DNA of 45,423 nucleotides from Thermotogota bacterium (GTDB lineage Bacteria; Thermotogota; Thermotogae; Petrotogales; Petrotogaceae): NCBI GenBank assembly GCA_051748045.1, contig JBNJGY010000011.1, positions 1 to 45,423 of the forward strand, read 5' to 3'. Shown piece by piece: positions 36,386 to 45,423 of this stretch (position 1 is its first letter; each line of letters starts with the position of its first letter). The notes under the pieces were generated by a model. It saw only the letters and a program-made list of their open reading frames with translations, ran no database searches and was not told where the DNA came from. The position numbers and the translations under genes were made by a program.

Positions 36386-39300
36386 ATGAAAATGTTATCG
36401 TTAGAGGTTGAGGGGTTTAAGAGTTTTGCAAAAAAAACTCTATTTGATCTTGACAAAAATATAATAGCTGTAGTTGGACCAAATGGTTCAGGAAAATCTA
36501 ATATAGTAGATGCAATAAGATGGTTGCTTGGTGAACAATCTGGTAAACAAATGAGAATATCTGAATCAAATGATGTAATTTTTGCTGGAACAGATTCAAA
36601 AAAAGCATCCAATTTTGCAAAAGTTGAAATGAGTTTTGAAACTGATGAAAAAGAGATAATAAAAATAGCAAAAAAGTATGAAAAGGGTTCTTCAAATAAA
36701 TATTATATAAATCAAAAAAATTGTGCTTTAAAAGATATACATGATATTTTTTCCAATAAAGGTGTAGGAAAACAGTTTTATTCAATAATATCTCAAGGTC
36801 AAGTTAGTGAAATTGTTAATTCTTCTCCTGAACAATTAAGACAGATTATATTAGATGCTTCTGACATAGGTGAATATATATCAAAAAAAGAAAACACATT
36901 AAAATTATTAGAAAAAACAAATGAAAATCTTGAAAGATTAGAAGATTTACTTTTTGTTACAGAAAAAAGGCTAAGATCACTTTCTAATAGGGCTGGAAGA
37001 GCAAAAAGCTACTTAAAATATAGAGAAGAAATTCAAAACATTGGTAAAAAATACTTTGGTGCAAAAAGGAATAAAATTAATAAAGAAATACAAACTACTG
37101 AGACTAAAATAAAAGAAAATCAAGAAAATATAAATATATTACTTAAAAAATCTTTCGAAGTTGAAAGAGAATATAGAGCTTTAAAAAATGAAATAACAGA
37201 TTACGATAAAACAATTTCTAAAAATTCAGATTTAATTGAGAATTACAGAGAAAGAATAGATGTAATAGAAAAAGAAAGAGATTTTCTTTCCAAAAAAAAT
37301 AATGATTTAAGCACTGAAATAATAAATATAGACTGGAAAATTGATAATACAAAAAAAGAATTAGAAGAAAAAGAGTTTAAATTAGATGAAACAAATAATC
37401 TAAAAGAAAAATTCAATAAAGACTTAAAAGAAGTTGTTGTTAATTTAGAAAATGAAACTGATAAAAGAGATGAAATAAAAAATACTATAAATGAAGAAGA
37501 AAATAGACTTCATGAATTGAACTCACGAATATCTACTTTAAAAAAAGAAAACGACACTCTTATAAAAGAAAAAAATCAAAAATTAAACGATATCGAGGCA
37601 AAAGATGAAAGATTAAATTATCTTTCAGAAGAGTCTAAAAAAATGAAAAAAGAAATAGATAATTTAAATAAAGAAATTGACCAAATAGAAAAAACACTTT
37701 CCGAGAGTAATGAAAGGGAAAGAAAATTATACGATGATAAACAAAATATAGTTAATGAACTAAAAAAAATGAGAGAATCTTATGATAATTATATAGAAGA
37801 AACAGAAAATAATAAGAAAAAAATAACTTCTTTATCTCATGAAAAAAACATATTACTCACACAAATAAATCATTATGAAGGTTTTGCAAAAGTTGTAAAA
37901 GACTTTTTTTCAAAATATTCACATGATGACAATGTAATAGACGTGGTAGCTAACCTATTTGATGTGGATAAAAAATTTGAAGAAGCTGTCTCGTCATCTG
38001 TGGGTGGAAAATTACAAAATGTTGTTATTAGAAATTCCTTTAAAACAAGAGAATATATTGATTACCTAAAGGCCAATTCTCATGGTAAAATAACTTTTCT
38101 TTCTACAGATATATTAAACCCAAGAAGCACTTATTCCAAAAATATATTAAATGAAGCAGGAGTAATAGATTATCTAATCAATACAGTTGATTTCAATAAA
38201 CAATTTGAAAAAATAATGAAATATGTATTTTCTAATATTTTGTTAGTAGATGATTTGAACAATGCTATAAAAATATCAAAATCATCATTTAAAGGTAATA
38301 TAGTTACATTAGGTGGAGAAGTAATTTCTGGATATGGAGCAATTACAGGCGGAAAGATCAAAAATGATTATTCTGCCAGTATAATAAAGAGAAAGAATAA
38401 AATATCTGAAATAGATATAGAAATAGATGAAGCAAAAGAAAACATAAAATATCTCCAAGAAAAAGTTAGTTTGATGATGACAGATATAAACACTAAAAAA
38501 ACTGATCTTGAAAATATAAATGATGATATAAATCAATTAATGATAGAAAAAGATCTAAAAAATAACAAATACACAAATTATGTTAGCAGAAGAAAAGAAT
38601 TAAAAGAAACATATAACAAAATGATTGAAAGAATTGAAGCATATAATGATCAAATCAAAAATAATAAAGATAGAATAAAAGAAATACAATTAATATTAAA
38701 TGAAAATGAAAATGCCATAAATAAAAAAAGTAAAGAATTATCAAAAATTGAAAAAATTAATATTTCTGAAAAAGAAGAATTAAACTCTTTGAATTTAAAA
38801 ATAGCAGAAATTAATATGGAAAAGAAAAATATAGAAGAAAAATTTGAATTTTATACAAAACAAAAAAGAAATATTCTGGATGAATTAAATACTTTAAGAG
38901 AATCTTTAGAAGAAAATCAACATCTGTATAGAACTAAAAGGCAAGAAAAAGAAAAGAGTGAGCAAAATCTTAAAGATTCAGAAAATGAATATAACTCTTT
39001 AAATAAAGAAATAACAAATATTTTTGAAAGAATGAAAAATTCTAGAGTAGGAAAAAATGAAAAATTTTCAAAATTAGAAGAAAAAGAAAATGAAAAAAAT
39101 AATATAAAAGATCAATTATCAGAAATAAAAAACTTGAACCAAGAGTTTAAACATAAAATAGATAATTTAGGTAACGAGAAAAAATATATGATCGAAAGGG
39201 CACAGAATATTGATATATTAGAAGAAGATTTTGAAATTAAAGAATTAACAGATGAAGAAATAAAATCTCTAAAATTTAACTTTGATGATTTACAAAAAAA

Positions 39301-39913
39301 ACTTAAAAATCTAGGTTCTGTAGACCTCACTGTTTTAGATGAATACAATGAAGTCTATGAAGACTTTAATACAAAAAAAGAAGAAAAAGAAGACATAGAA
39401 GAGTCCATTCTATCTCTAAAACACTCTATAAATCAATTAGACGAATATGCTGAAAAAAAATATACCGATTTTCATAACAAATTAAATGAAGAATTTGGAA
39501 AATACATCCAAACTCTTTTTCCAAATGGATATGGTGAATTAAGATTAATTGGAGAAGGATTATCTTTTGAAAAAGGTATTCAAATATCTGTTAAAAAATC
39601 TGGAAGGAAATTTCAGAAATTATCTTTATTTTCTGGTGGAGAAAAAGCTCTTATTGCCATAGCTTTTCTTTTTTCTATGATGTCACTCAACCCTAGTCCT
39701 TTTTATATTTTAGATGAAATTGACGCACCACTAGATGATATTAATGCTAGCAAAATTTCTGAATTGATAAATGACAATGCTGAAAAATCACAATTTTTAA
39801 TGATAACTCATAATAAACTTGTTATGGAAATAGCAGATATTTTTCATGGGATAACCATGAAAGGCGGCATCACTAGAGTAGTTCCAGTTGATTTCAAGGA
39901 ATTTCAAACATGA
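36386..39913 (+). CDS. smc: Chromosome segregation ATPase SMC
   Basis: GFKSFA, GPNGSGKSN, coiled coils, hinge (GAITGG), FSGGE and LDEIDAPLD. Confidence 0.96.
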   Translation: MKMLSLEVEGFKSFAKKTLFDLDKNIIAVVGPNGSGKSNIVDAIRWLLGEQSGKQMRISESNDVIFAGTDSKKASNFAKVEMSFETDEKEIIKIAKKYEKGSSNKYYINQKNCALKDIHDIFSNKGVGKQFYSIISQGQVSEIVNSSPEQLRQIILDASDIGEYISKKENTLKLLEKTNENLERLEDLLFVTEKRLRSLSNRAGRAKSYLKYREEIQNIGKKYFGAKRNKINKEIQTTETKIKENQENINILLKKSFEVEREYRALKNEITDYDKTISKNSDLIENYRERIDVIEKERDFLSKKNNDLSTEIINIDWKIDNTKKELEEKEFKLDETNNLKEKFNKDLKEVVVNLENETDKRDEIKNTINEEENRLHELNSRISTLKKENDTLIKEKNQKLNDIEAKDERLNYLSEESKKMKKEIDNLNKEIDQIEKTLSESNERERKLYDDKQNIVNELKKMRESYDNYIEETENNKKKITSLSHEKNILLTQINHYEGFAKVVKDFFSKYSHDDNVIDVVANLFDVDKKFEEAVSSSVGGKLQNVVIRNSFKTREYIDYLKANSHGKITFLSTDILNPRSTYSKNILNEAGVIDYLINTVDFNKQFEKIMKYVFSNILLVDDLNNAIKISKSSFKGNIVTLGGEVISGYGAITGGKIKNDYSASIIKRKNKISEIDIEIDEAKENIKYLQEKVSLMMTDINTKKTDLENINDDINQLMIEKDLKNNKYTNYVSRRKELKETYNKMIERIEAYNDQIKNNKDRIKEIQLILNENENAINKKSKELSKIEKINISEKEELNSLNLKIAEINMEKKNIEEKFEFYTKQKRNILDELNTLRESLEENQHLYRTKRQEKEKSEQNLKDSENEYNSLNKEITNIFERMKNSRVGKNEKFSKLEEKENEKNNIKDQLSEIKNLNQEFKHKIDNLGNEKKYMIERAQNIDILEEDFEIKELTDEEIKSLKFNFDDLQKKLKNLGSVDLTVLDEYNEVYEDFNTKKEEKEDIEESILSLKHSINQLDEYAEKKYTDFHNKLNEEFGKYIQTLFPNGYGELRLIGEGLSFEKGIQISVKKSGRKFQKLSLFSGGEKALIAIAFLFSMMSLNPSPFYILDEIDAPLDDINASKISELINDNAEKSQFLMITHNKLVMEIADIFHGITMKGGITRVVPVDFKEFQT

Positions 39914-40383
39914 TAAATTTTAAATATAGGTTTTACAGAGGATATTTTGATGTCTATATTAAAAATAGTAGATTTGAAAAAATAAACATTATCACAAATA
40001 CATTTTATAATTTTAGAGATAATAATAATAATAGAAATAATATATATTTTAATCTCTTTGAAAATTTATTAAAAAATAATAAAAAAATTGATTTAAAATA
40101 TATAACCTTACCTGGTAATTCTGATTTTTCAAAACAGTTATATTTGACTTTGTACCAAACAAATTTTGGAGAAACACTCAGTTATAAAGAATTAGCGTTT
40201 AAAGTAACTAATAACAAAGCTTATAGAGCAGTTGGAACTCTTATGAAAAAAAATCCATTACCAATTGTAATACCTTGCCATAGAGTTATTAAAAACAATG
40301 GTGAAATTGGAAACTTTGGTGCTGGTAAGGACTGGAAAATTGCTTTATTGAATAATGAAAAGAAAAATGGGGTGAATTTATGA
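39910..40383 (+). CDS. ogt: Methylated-DNA--protein-cysteine methyltransferase
   Basis: GETLSY, RAVG and NPLPIVIPCHRV active site. Confidence 0.92.
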   Translation: MINFKYRFYRGYFDVYIKNSRFEKINIITNTFYNFRDNNNNRNNIYFNLFENLLKNNKKIDLKYITLPGNSDFSKQLYLTLYQTNFGETLSYKELAFKVTNNKAYRAVGTLMKKNPLPIVIPCHRVIKNNGEIGNFGAGKDWKIALLNNEKKNGVNL

Positions 40384-41702
40384 GAGATTCTAAATACAAA
40401 AGATTACATCCAAACCTTTTTAAAGTTCCCATAGATAAAATAAGAATGGGGTATTACACAGATAAATATTTTACAAGGTTTGTCGAAGTTCTAAAAAAAG
40501 ATAAAAAAAATACTGACGTAACTTATCAGTTTTTTCCAAGAAAAGATGCTGTAATCGTTGGTTTAGATGAAGCGCTTGCTATTCTTAAGTATGGAACGGG
40601 CTATTATAAAGATGAAGAAGAAGCAGAAAATATATTTAAACAAATCCTAAATTTGGAAAAAAATTTACAAGATGCTGCAAGTAGAATGGATAAACAAGAT
40701 TTATTAAATATCACTTCACAAAAATGGGATTTAAGAATGAAATTAAATGAGTTATGGATTGATAAATGGGATGAAATAAAAATAAAAGCATTATATGATG
40801 GAGATAAAGTTAATAAACGAGAACCTATTTTAGCTATTGAAGGAAATCCAAAATATTTTGCTCATTTAGAAACTTTACTATTAGGAGTTTTAGCTAGAGC
40901 TACTAGTACTGCTACCTCAGTAAAAAGTGTTGTGGAAGCTGCAAATGGCAAACCAATAGCATTCTTTAGTGCTAGATTTGATCATTATTGGGTACAAACT
41001 ACTGATGGATACGCTGCATTAAAAGCAGGCGCTTTTGGTGTATCAACTGATGCTAACGCAGATTATTGGGGCGCTGAATCAATGGGTACAATTCCTCACG
41101 CTCTAATCGCTTCTTATGAAGGAAGCACCGCCGAAGCTGCTATTGCTTTTGATAAACACATCAAACCATCAGTGAATAGATTAGTTTTAGTAGATTGGGA
41201 TAACGACGTTGTAGAAACTACTTTCAATGTAGTCAAAAAATTCTATGAATATGTTAAAGGTGAAAAATTTATTGAAGGCCATACAGACCCTTCTGAAATA
41301 ATAGGTAAAGGTAAAAACAAAATTTGGGCTGTTAGATTTGATACTAGTGAAAAGTTAAGAGATAAATCAGTTACCCCTAGAGATAAAAATTCCTTGGGAG
41401 TTAATCCTGAATTAGTTTGGAAAGCAAGGAAGATATTTGATAAAAATGGCCTAAAAGATATTAAAATAATGGTTTCTGGTGGTTTCAATAAAGAAAAAAT
41501 AGAACTTTTTGAAACTTTAGATGTCCCTGTAGATTTATATGGCGTTGGCTCTTCATTATTAAAAAATAAAGTGGATTTCACTGCAGATATTGTTGAAGTT
41601 AATGGAAACCCTTGTGCTAAAATTGGAAGAAAAAAAGGAAATTATTCAAGACTAAGTAATGTTCCAAAAAAATATTGGACTGTAAAAAGGGATGATATAT
41701 AA
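40380..41702 (+). CDS. pncB: Nicotinate phosphoribosyltransferase family protein
   Basis: YTDKYF, GTIPHA, LVD, VRFDTS, SGG and YGVGS. Confidence 0.82.
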   Translation: MRDSKYKRLHPNLFKVPIDKIRMGYYTDKYFTRFVEVLKKDKKNTDVTYQFFPRKDAVIVGLDEALAILKYGTGYYKDEEEAENIFKQILNLEKNLQDAASRMDKQDLLNITSQKWDLRMKLNELWIDKWDEIKIKALYDGDKVNKREPILAIEGNPKYFAHLETLLLGVLARATSTATSVKSVVEAANGKPIAFFSARFDHYWVQTTDGYAALKAGAFGVSTDANADYWGAESMGTIPHALIASYEGSTAEAAIAFDKHIKPSVNRLVLVDWDNDVVETTFNVVKKFYEYVKGEKFIEGHTDPSEIIGKGKNKIWAVRFDTSEKLRDKSVTPRDKNSLGVNPELVWKARKIFDKNGLKDIKIMVSGGFNKEKIELFETLDVPVDLYGVGSSLLKNKVDFTADIVEVNGNPCAKIGRKKGNYSRLSNVPKKYWTVKRDDI

Positions 41703-42448
41703 TGGATTCAATTTATTCTTGTTATATGAATGTTAATCCAAGTTTAAAACCAAGAATATTAGAAATTCTCAAAGAAAATAATATTTCTATTGAAACAAAA
41801 GATATTTTTAATTCAGACTTTGCAATTACTGAGGAAGAACTAAATTATTCTTTTCCTCACATAGTTGTTAAAAATGAACTAAAAGAAATTAACTCATCTA
41901 TTTTATTCAAATATGATGGAATTGGATTTATTCTAGATAATTATGATGATAATTTAATAAGAATGGCAATTCAAAATGCATTATATTTTGTCATGGCACG
42001 AGGAAGTAAAGGTGCTTTTAAACAAAGAATTCAAAATGAATTGAATAAAATCGGAAGAAATGGTGGTTCTTTTTCACTTGCACATGTTTCTATTATGGAT
42101 TTTTATAAATTCAAAAATTATCTATCAAATGTAAATATAGATGATACAGTCAAAGAAATTTTAAAAATGATAAAAGCATCAACTAGAAAAACAGATGAAG
42201 TAATGAAAATATCTAGAAAAGAATTTGGAATAATGTTGCCTTCAACAGAACTTAGAAACGCTGAAATAGCTTGCGAAAGAATAAAAAGAAGAGTATCAAA
42301 AATAAAAAATCTTAATTTTGATGTAACCCTTGCTTTTGGGATAACACAAGTTAGTAACCCGGAAGAATCTGTAAATGAGATAATGGAAAGGCTAAAAAAA
42401 GCTTTATATATTTCAGAGGGAAACTTTGGAGAAATAGATTTTCTTTAG
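41702..42448 (+). CDS. Degenerate GGDEF-domain protein
   Basis: DFYKFK, RKTD-EVMKI-SRKEF in place of GGDEF, TLAFGI and ALY; TAATG coupling to pncB. Confidence 0.8.
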   Translation: MDSIYSCYMNVNPSLKPRILEILKENNISIETKDIFNSDFAITEEELNYSFPHIVVKNELKEINSSILFKYDGIGFILDNYDDNLIRMAIQNALYFVMARGSKGAFKQRIQNELNKIGRNGGSFSLAHVSIMDFYKFKNYLSNVNIDDTVKEILKMIKASTRKTDEVMKISRKEFGIMLPSTELRNAEIACERIKRRVSKIKNLNFDVTLAFGITQVSNPEESVNEIMERLKKALYISEGNFGEIDFL

Positions 42449-42457
42449 GAGGTAATT

Positions 42458-43075
42458 ATGTTCAGTATAACACTACTTTTAAGTCATTTAATTGGTGATT
42501 TTGCTTTTACTAATGTCTTTTCAGAGAAATTCCACAAAAAAGACAATACTATTTACCATACAATATGGATAATCCTTGTTTTTTTAGGATTTAATTTTGA
42601 TTTTCTAAAATCAATGACTACTATTTTTATTATTATTTTTAGTATTTTATTACACGTTTTCTGGGACTTTTATAGAAAGAAAAAAGAATCAAATCCTTTA
42701 AACGAATTTGGAATATCTTTACTTTTTCTAATTGTCAGCTTTTTCAGCAGAAACTATTTCATAAATTCATTTTTGAGTATCACTTTTCAATATTATTTAC
42801 TTGGTCTAATACTAGTCACAGGTATTGCAACTTATCTGTTTAGATATTTCAAAATATTTCCCTTAGAACAAAAAGATACTACAGGAATGACAGAAAGAAT
42901 GGTTATATTTATTTTTATTGTAAATCAAATGTATTTATATGCACTAATAACAGCAATAGTTGGTATTGTTTATAAATATCTTTTTGAAAATTTTAGAAAA
43001 AAAGAAATCTTTTTATCCCCAATAATAGGAATTACTTTTTCTATTTTATGGCTATTATTATTACTTAATATATAA
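42458..43075 (+). CDS. Polytopic membrane protein (DUF3307-like)
   Basis: HLIGDF, H, HVFWD and GMTER pattern; multiple TMs; AGGAGGT SD. Confidence 0.7.
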   Translation: MFSITLLLSHLIGDFAFTNVFSEKFHKKDNTIYHTIWIILVFLGFNFDFLKSMTTIFIIIFSILLHVFWDFYRKKKESNPLNEFGISLLFLIVSFFSRNYFINSFLSITFQYYLLGLILVTGIATYLFRYFKIFPLEQKDTTGMTERMVIFIFIVNQMYLYALITAIVGIVYKYLFENFRKKEIFLSPIIGITFSILWLLLLLNI

Positions 43076-43087
43076 AGGGATGATTAT

Positions 43088-44017
43088 ATGAGAAAAAGAG
43101 ATGTATATTATTGGCAAGAAAGAAGTATATTAAACAAATTAGACCAAGAATGGAAAGAACATCTTGTTTTTAAAATAATAGATGAAAACGAAATTCAAGG
43201 TATAGGTGCATCAACCCCTAATAAAGAATTCGGTGAAACATTCAAAACATCTATGGCTATTGTAGAATCTTTAAGAAAAATAACAGAAAATTTTCACGAT
43301 TTAAAATACTTAGTAGAATTTGAAAATAAAATAAACTCTTTTATTAAAAAAGATATGTCTGCAAAAACTACAGTTCTTCTGGCTGTATATGATTACATCT
43401 CAAAAAGAAATAATATCAACATAGAACATTTCTACTTTGACTTTAATTCAAAACATAAAAAAGTTAATTTTGAAAGAATTTTTTTAAATGAAAATTTTGA
43501 ATTTATACCTTCAAAAAATAAAAAAATAAAGTTGGATATTAAAAATTATATAGAAACAGATAAATTAATAGAAACGATCTCTCTTTATAAAGACAAAGAA
43601 TTAATATTAGATTTTTCAGGTCTATATAGTTCATTTGAATTAGATTATCTGATGAAAAAATTGGAAAATTTAAACATTGTAGCTTTAGAACAACCAACGA
43701 AACACGCTCAAGAAAAACAAATGAAAAAATTTTTAAAAAAAGGATACAAAATATACTGGGATGAATCTTTTCATAATATAGCTGATCTTGATAGGATTAA
43801 AGATTATTCTACTGGATTTGTTTTTACACTTAGTAAGATGAGTAGTTTATCAAAAATATCAAATCTTTTAAAATTAGTTCAATTTAAAGGCTATGAAACA
43901 ATAATTAGTTCAGAATTGGAGCATCCTATTAATTTAGATTGGTCCAACAAAATATCAAAAGCTTTTGATATTATAGATTTAAATTTTTCTAAATATATAA
44001 AAAAAACAAATAAATAA
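43088..44017 (+). CDS. Divergent enolase-superfamily protein (MLE/dipeptide epimerase subgroup-like)
   Basis: GIGASTP..FGET, KIK, LD, EQP and DES in the expected order. Confidence 0.72.
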   Translation: MRKRDVYYWQERSILNKLDQEWKEHLVFKIIDENEIQGIGASTPNKEFGETFKTSMAIVESLRKITENFHDLKYLVEFENKINSFIKKDMSAKTTVLLAVYDYISKRNNINIEHFYFDFNSKHKKVNFERIFLNENFEFIPSKNKKIKLDIKNYIETDKLIETISLYKDKELILDFSGLYSSFELDYLMKKLENLNIVALEQPTKHAQEKQMKKFLKKGYKIYWDESFHNIADLDRIKDYSTGFVFTLSKMSSLSKISNLLKLVQFKGYETIISSELEHPINLDWSNKISKAFDIIDLNFSKYIKKTNK

Positions 44018-44026
44018 GGTGATTCC

Positions 44027-45112
44027 ATGCTTATAAATATAATTGAAATTAAAAAAGAGAACATTACTTATATTGCAAAAGTAGAAAATAATCCTCTTTA
44101 CCCAGATGGAAAGGGTGGACAACTAGGGGATAGAGGAATAATAGGTCAAGCAAATATTTTAGAAGTAAATGAAGATTTTATAAAAATTGATAAAGAAATT
44201 AAGTTAGGAAAACATAAAATATTATTAGACCAAAAAAATAGAGAAGACATTGCTAAACAGCATACAGCTCAACATATTTTATCTGCAATAATGAAAGATA
44301 ATTTTAACTTAAACACTGTGGGTTTTAGAATGTCTGAAAACTATTCAACAATAGACATTGATAAAAGGGTATCCACAAAAATAATTGAAGATGTAGAAGC
44401 TAAGTCAAACCAAACAATATACGATAGTATAGAAGTTTATGAGAAAACATATTCTCAAAATGACACTCAAAATCTAAATTTAAGAAAAGATATATCCGAA
44501 AAAATTATTGATGATATAAGGGTTATATATATTGATAAATTAGATGCATCTGCTTGTGGTGGTTTTCATGTTAATAATACCCTTGAAATAAACATGATTA
44601 AAATTATAAAAACGGATAATATTAAAAATGGTTTTATGAGAATCTATTACTTAGCAGGTGAAAGAGTTTTTAATTATTTGAAAGAAATAGAAAATATTAC
44701 TGATAACTTAGGTAATATTTTGAAAACCAATAAAGAAGATTTTACCACAAAAGTTTCAAAAATAATCGAAGAAAACAATAGACAAAAGAAAGAACTTGAA
44801 ACCCTTTACTCATATAAAGCAGAAAATATATTATCCTCTTTAGAACCTATAAAAGAATTAGATGATATTAATGTTTTCTTCCTAGAAAAAGAAGATAATT
44901 CTTTTGAATACCTTCAAAAATCTTTTGATAAAGAAAACTTCTTGTTTATACTAAAAGATGACGAAACTTTTAAAATCCAATCAGACGTTGTTAATGTTGG
45001 AAACTTGATTAAAAATATAAACAAAAAATACTCAACAAAAGGTGGAGGAGGACAAAACAAGGGACAGGTTAAAGGAAACTTAATATTAGAAGATATTTTA
45101 CAATATATATAA
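44027..45112 (+). CDS. alaX: AlaX trans-editing protein (alanyl-tRNA editing domain plus DHHA1-like C-terminus)
   Basis: YPDGKGGQLGDRG, HTAQH, CGGFH zinc ligands and C-terminal KGGGG. Confidence 0.88.
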   Translation: MLINIIEIKKENITYIAKVENNPLYPDGKGGQLGDRGIIGQANILEVNEDFIKIDKEIKLGKHKILLDQKNREDIAKQHTAQHILSAIMKDNFNLNTVGFRMSENYSTIDIDKRVSTKIIEDVEAKSNQTIYDSIEVYEKTYSQNDTQNLNLRKDISEKIIDDIRVIYIDKLDASACGGFHVNNTLEINMIKIIKTDNIKNGFMRIYYLAGERVFNYLKEIENITDNLGNILKTNKEDFTTKVSKIIEENNRQKKELETLYSYKAENILSSLEPIKELDDINVFFLEKEDNSFEYLQKSFDKENFLFILKDDETFKIQSDVVNVGNLIKNINKKYSTKGGGGQNKGQVKGNLILEDILQYI

Positions 45113-45114
45113 CG

Positions 45115-45154
45115 AAAAGAAGACATCTTGCTTATAAAGATGTCTTCTTTTTTT
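45115..45154. terminator. Probable bidirectional intrinsic terminator
   Basis: 15-bp perfect stem AAAAGAAGACATCTT / AAGATGTCTTCTTTT plus T-tract, between convergent genes. Confidence 0.9.
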
Positions 45155-45181
45155 GGGTGAGAATATATCTTTAAATATATT

Positions 45182-45286
45182 CTATATTCTTCTTGAATTT
45201 TCCATCCAAATTTTATTTAATTCGTTGTCCAATCTATCAAATCCTGAATAATATGATCTAGCTTTATTTTTTCTTTTTATAATCAT
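45182..45286 (-). CDS. Putative 34-aa small protein P2 (MIIKRKNKARSYYSGFDRLDNELNKIWMENSRRI)
   Basis: G-rich SD ~6 nt before the ATG at 45286 (alternative ATG at 45292); similar to the upstream micro-ORF; followed by the terminator. Confidence 0.62.
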   Translation of the reverse strand: MIIKRKNKARSYYSGFDRLDNELNKIWMENSRRI

Positions 45287-45304
45287 ATCCATCCCCCCTA
45301 TTTT

Positions 45305-45409
45305 TTAAAAGAGTTTATAACTTTCTTGGAGTACTTTTATATTTTCCTCAGCAAGTCTGTCGAAAGAATTTTTCATAATATCTTTTCTCATTTGTTCTCT
45401 TTTCATCAT
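45305..45409 (-). CDS. Putative 34-aa small protein P1 (MMKREQMRKDIMKNSFDRLAEENIKVLQESYKLF)
   Basis: Perfect AAGGAGG SD (45423-45417) 7 nt before ATGATG; stop TAA at 45307-45305. Confidence 0.7.
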   Translation of the reverse strand: MMKREQMRKDIMKNSFDRLAEENIKVLQESYKLF

Positions 45410-45423
45410 TTCAATTCCTCCTT

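Noticed and set aside
36386-39913. SMC as part of a Wadjet/MksBEF or SbcCD-type defence system
   Set aside because: Canonical hinge-containing SMC in a housekeeping context, with no jet/mks/sbcD neighbours.
40015-40045. AAT trinucleotide run in ogt
   Set aside because: Short in-frame Asn-rich low-complexity stretch, expected in AT-rich DNA; not convincing as a contingency locus.
940-45126. Many short antisense or alternate-frame ORFs (e.g. 940-1266, 5756-6145, 20331-20672, 35766-36014, 36310-36612, 41243-41581, 44914-45126)
   Set aside because: They overlap well-supported genes and show no recognisable motifs, as expected for shadow ORFs.
1-45423. CRISPR array, IS elements or prophage genes
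   Set aside because: No regularly spaced direct repeats, transposases, integrases or phage proteins seen; nearly all sequence is assigned to genes.

Overview
AT-rich, gene-dense bacterial chromosome segment, most likely Thermotogota (Petrotogales-like). This is inferred from near-canonical DrrA/HpkA proteins and the recalled drrA-hpkA-pdp-(secreted protein)-EF-G2 gene order. It holds two divergent gene runs separated by a ~140-nt AT-rich promoter region next to a tRNA-Thr(CGT) gene. The minus-strand run (26.3 kb to 1) is tRNA-Thr, tilS, ftsH, thioesterase, drrA/hpkA, pdp, a phosphodiester glycosidase, EF-G2, PduO, DUF503, yqeK, an LCP protein plus a probable degenerate LCP paralog, lolC/E-lolD-like, ndk, rlmI-like, glgD/glgC, two hypotheticals, a radical SAM protein and rnfCDGEAB. 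The plus-strand run (26.4-45.1 kb) is HD-GYP, asnS, ruvB, yggS, yggT, nadK, phoU, an LptF/G-LptD-like fusion, udg, smc, ogt, NAPRTase, a degenerate GGDEF protein, a membrane protein, an enolase-superfamily protein and AlaX. I found no mobile element or CRISPR array. The most notable observations are: (1) two unannotated tandem 34-aa paralogous micro-ORFs sharing FDRLxxExxKxxxE at the right edge; (2) a 1165-aa LptF/G-LptD fusion with an apparent internal cleavable signal peptide; (3) a shared N-terminal pseudo-receiver-like domain in the HD-GYP and degenerate GGDEF proteins; (4) a LipS2-like radical SAM gene directly ahead of rnfC; (5) a udg gene that needs a non-canonical ATT start; (6) a Ser in place of Thr at the RnfD FMN site.
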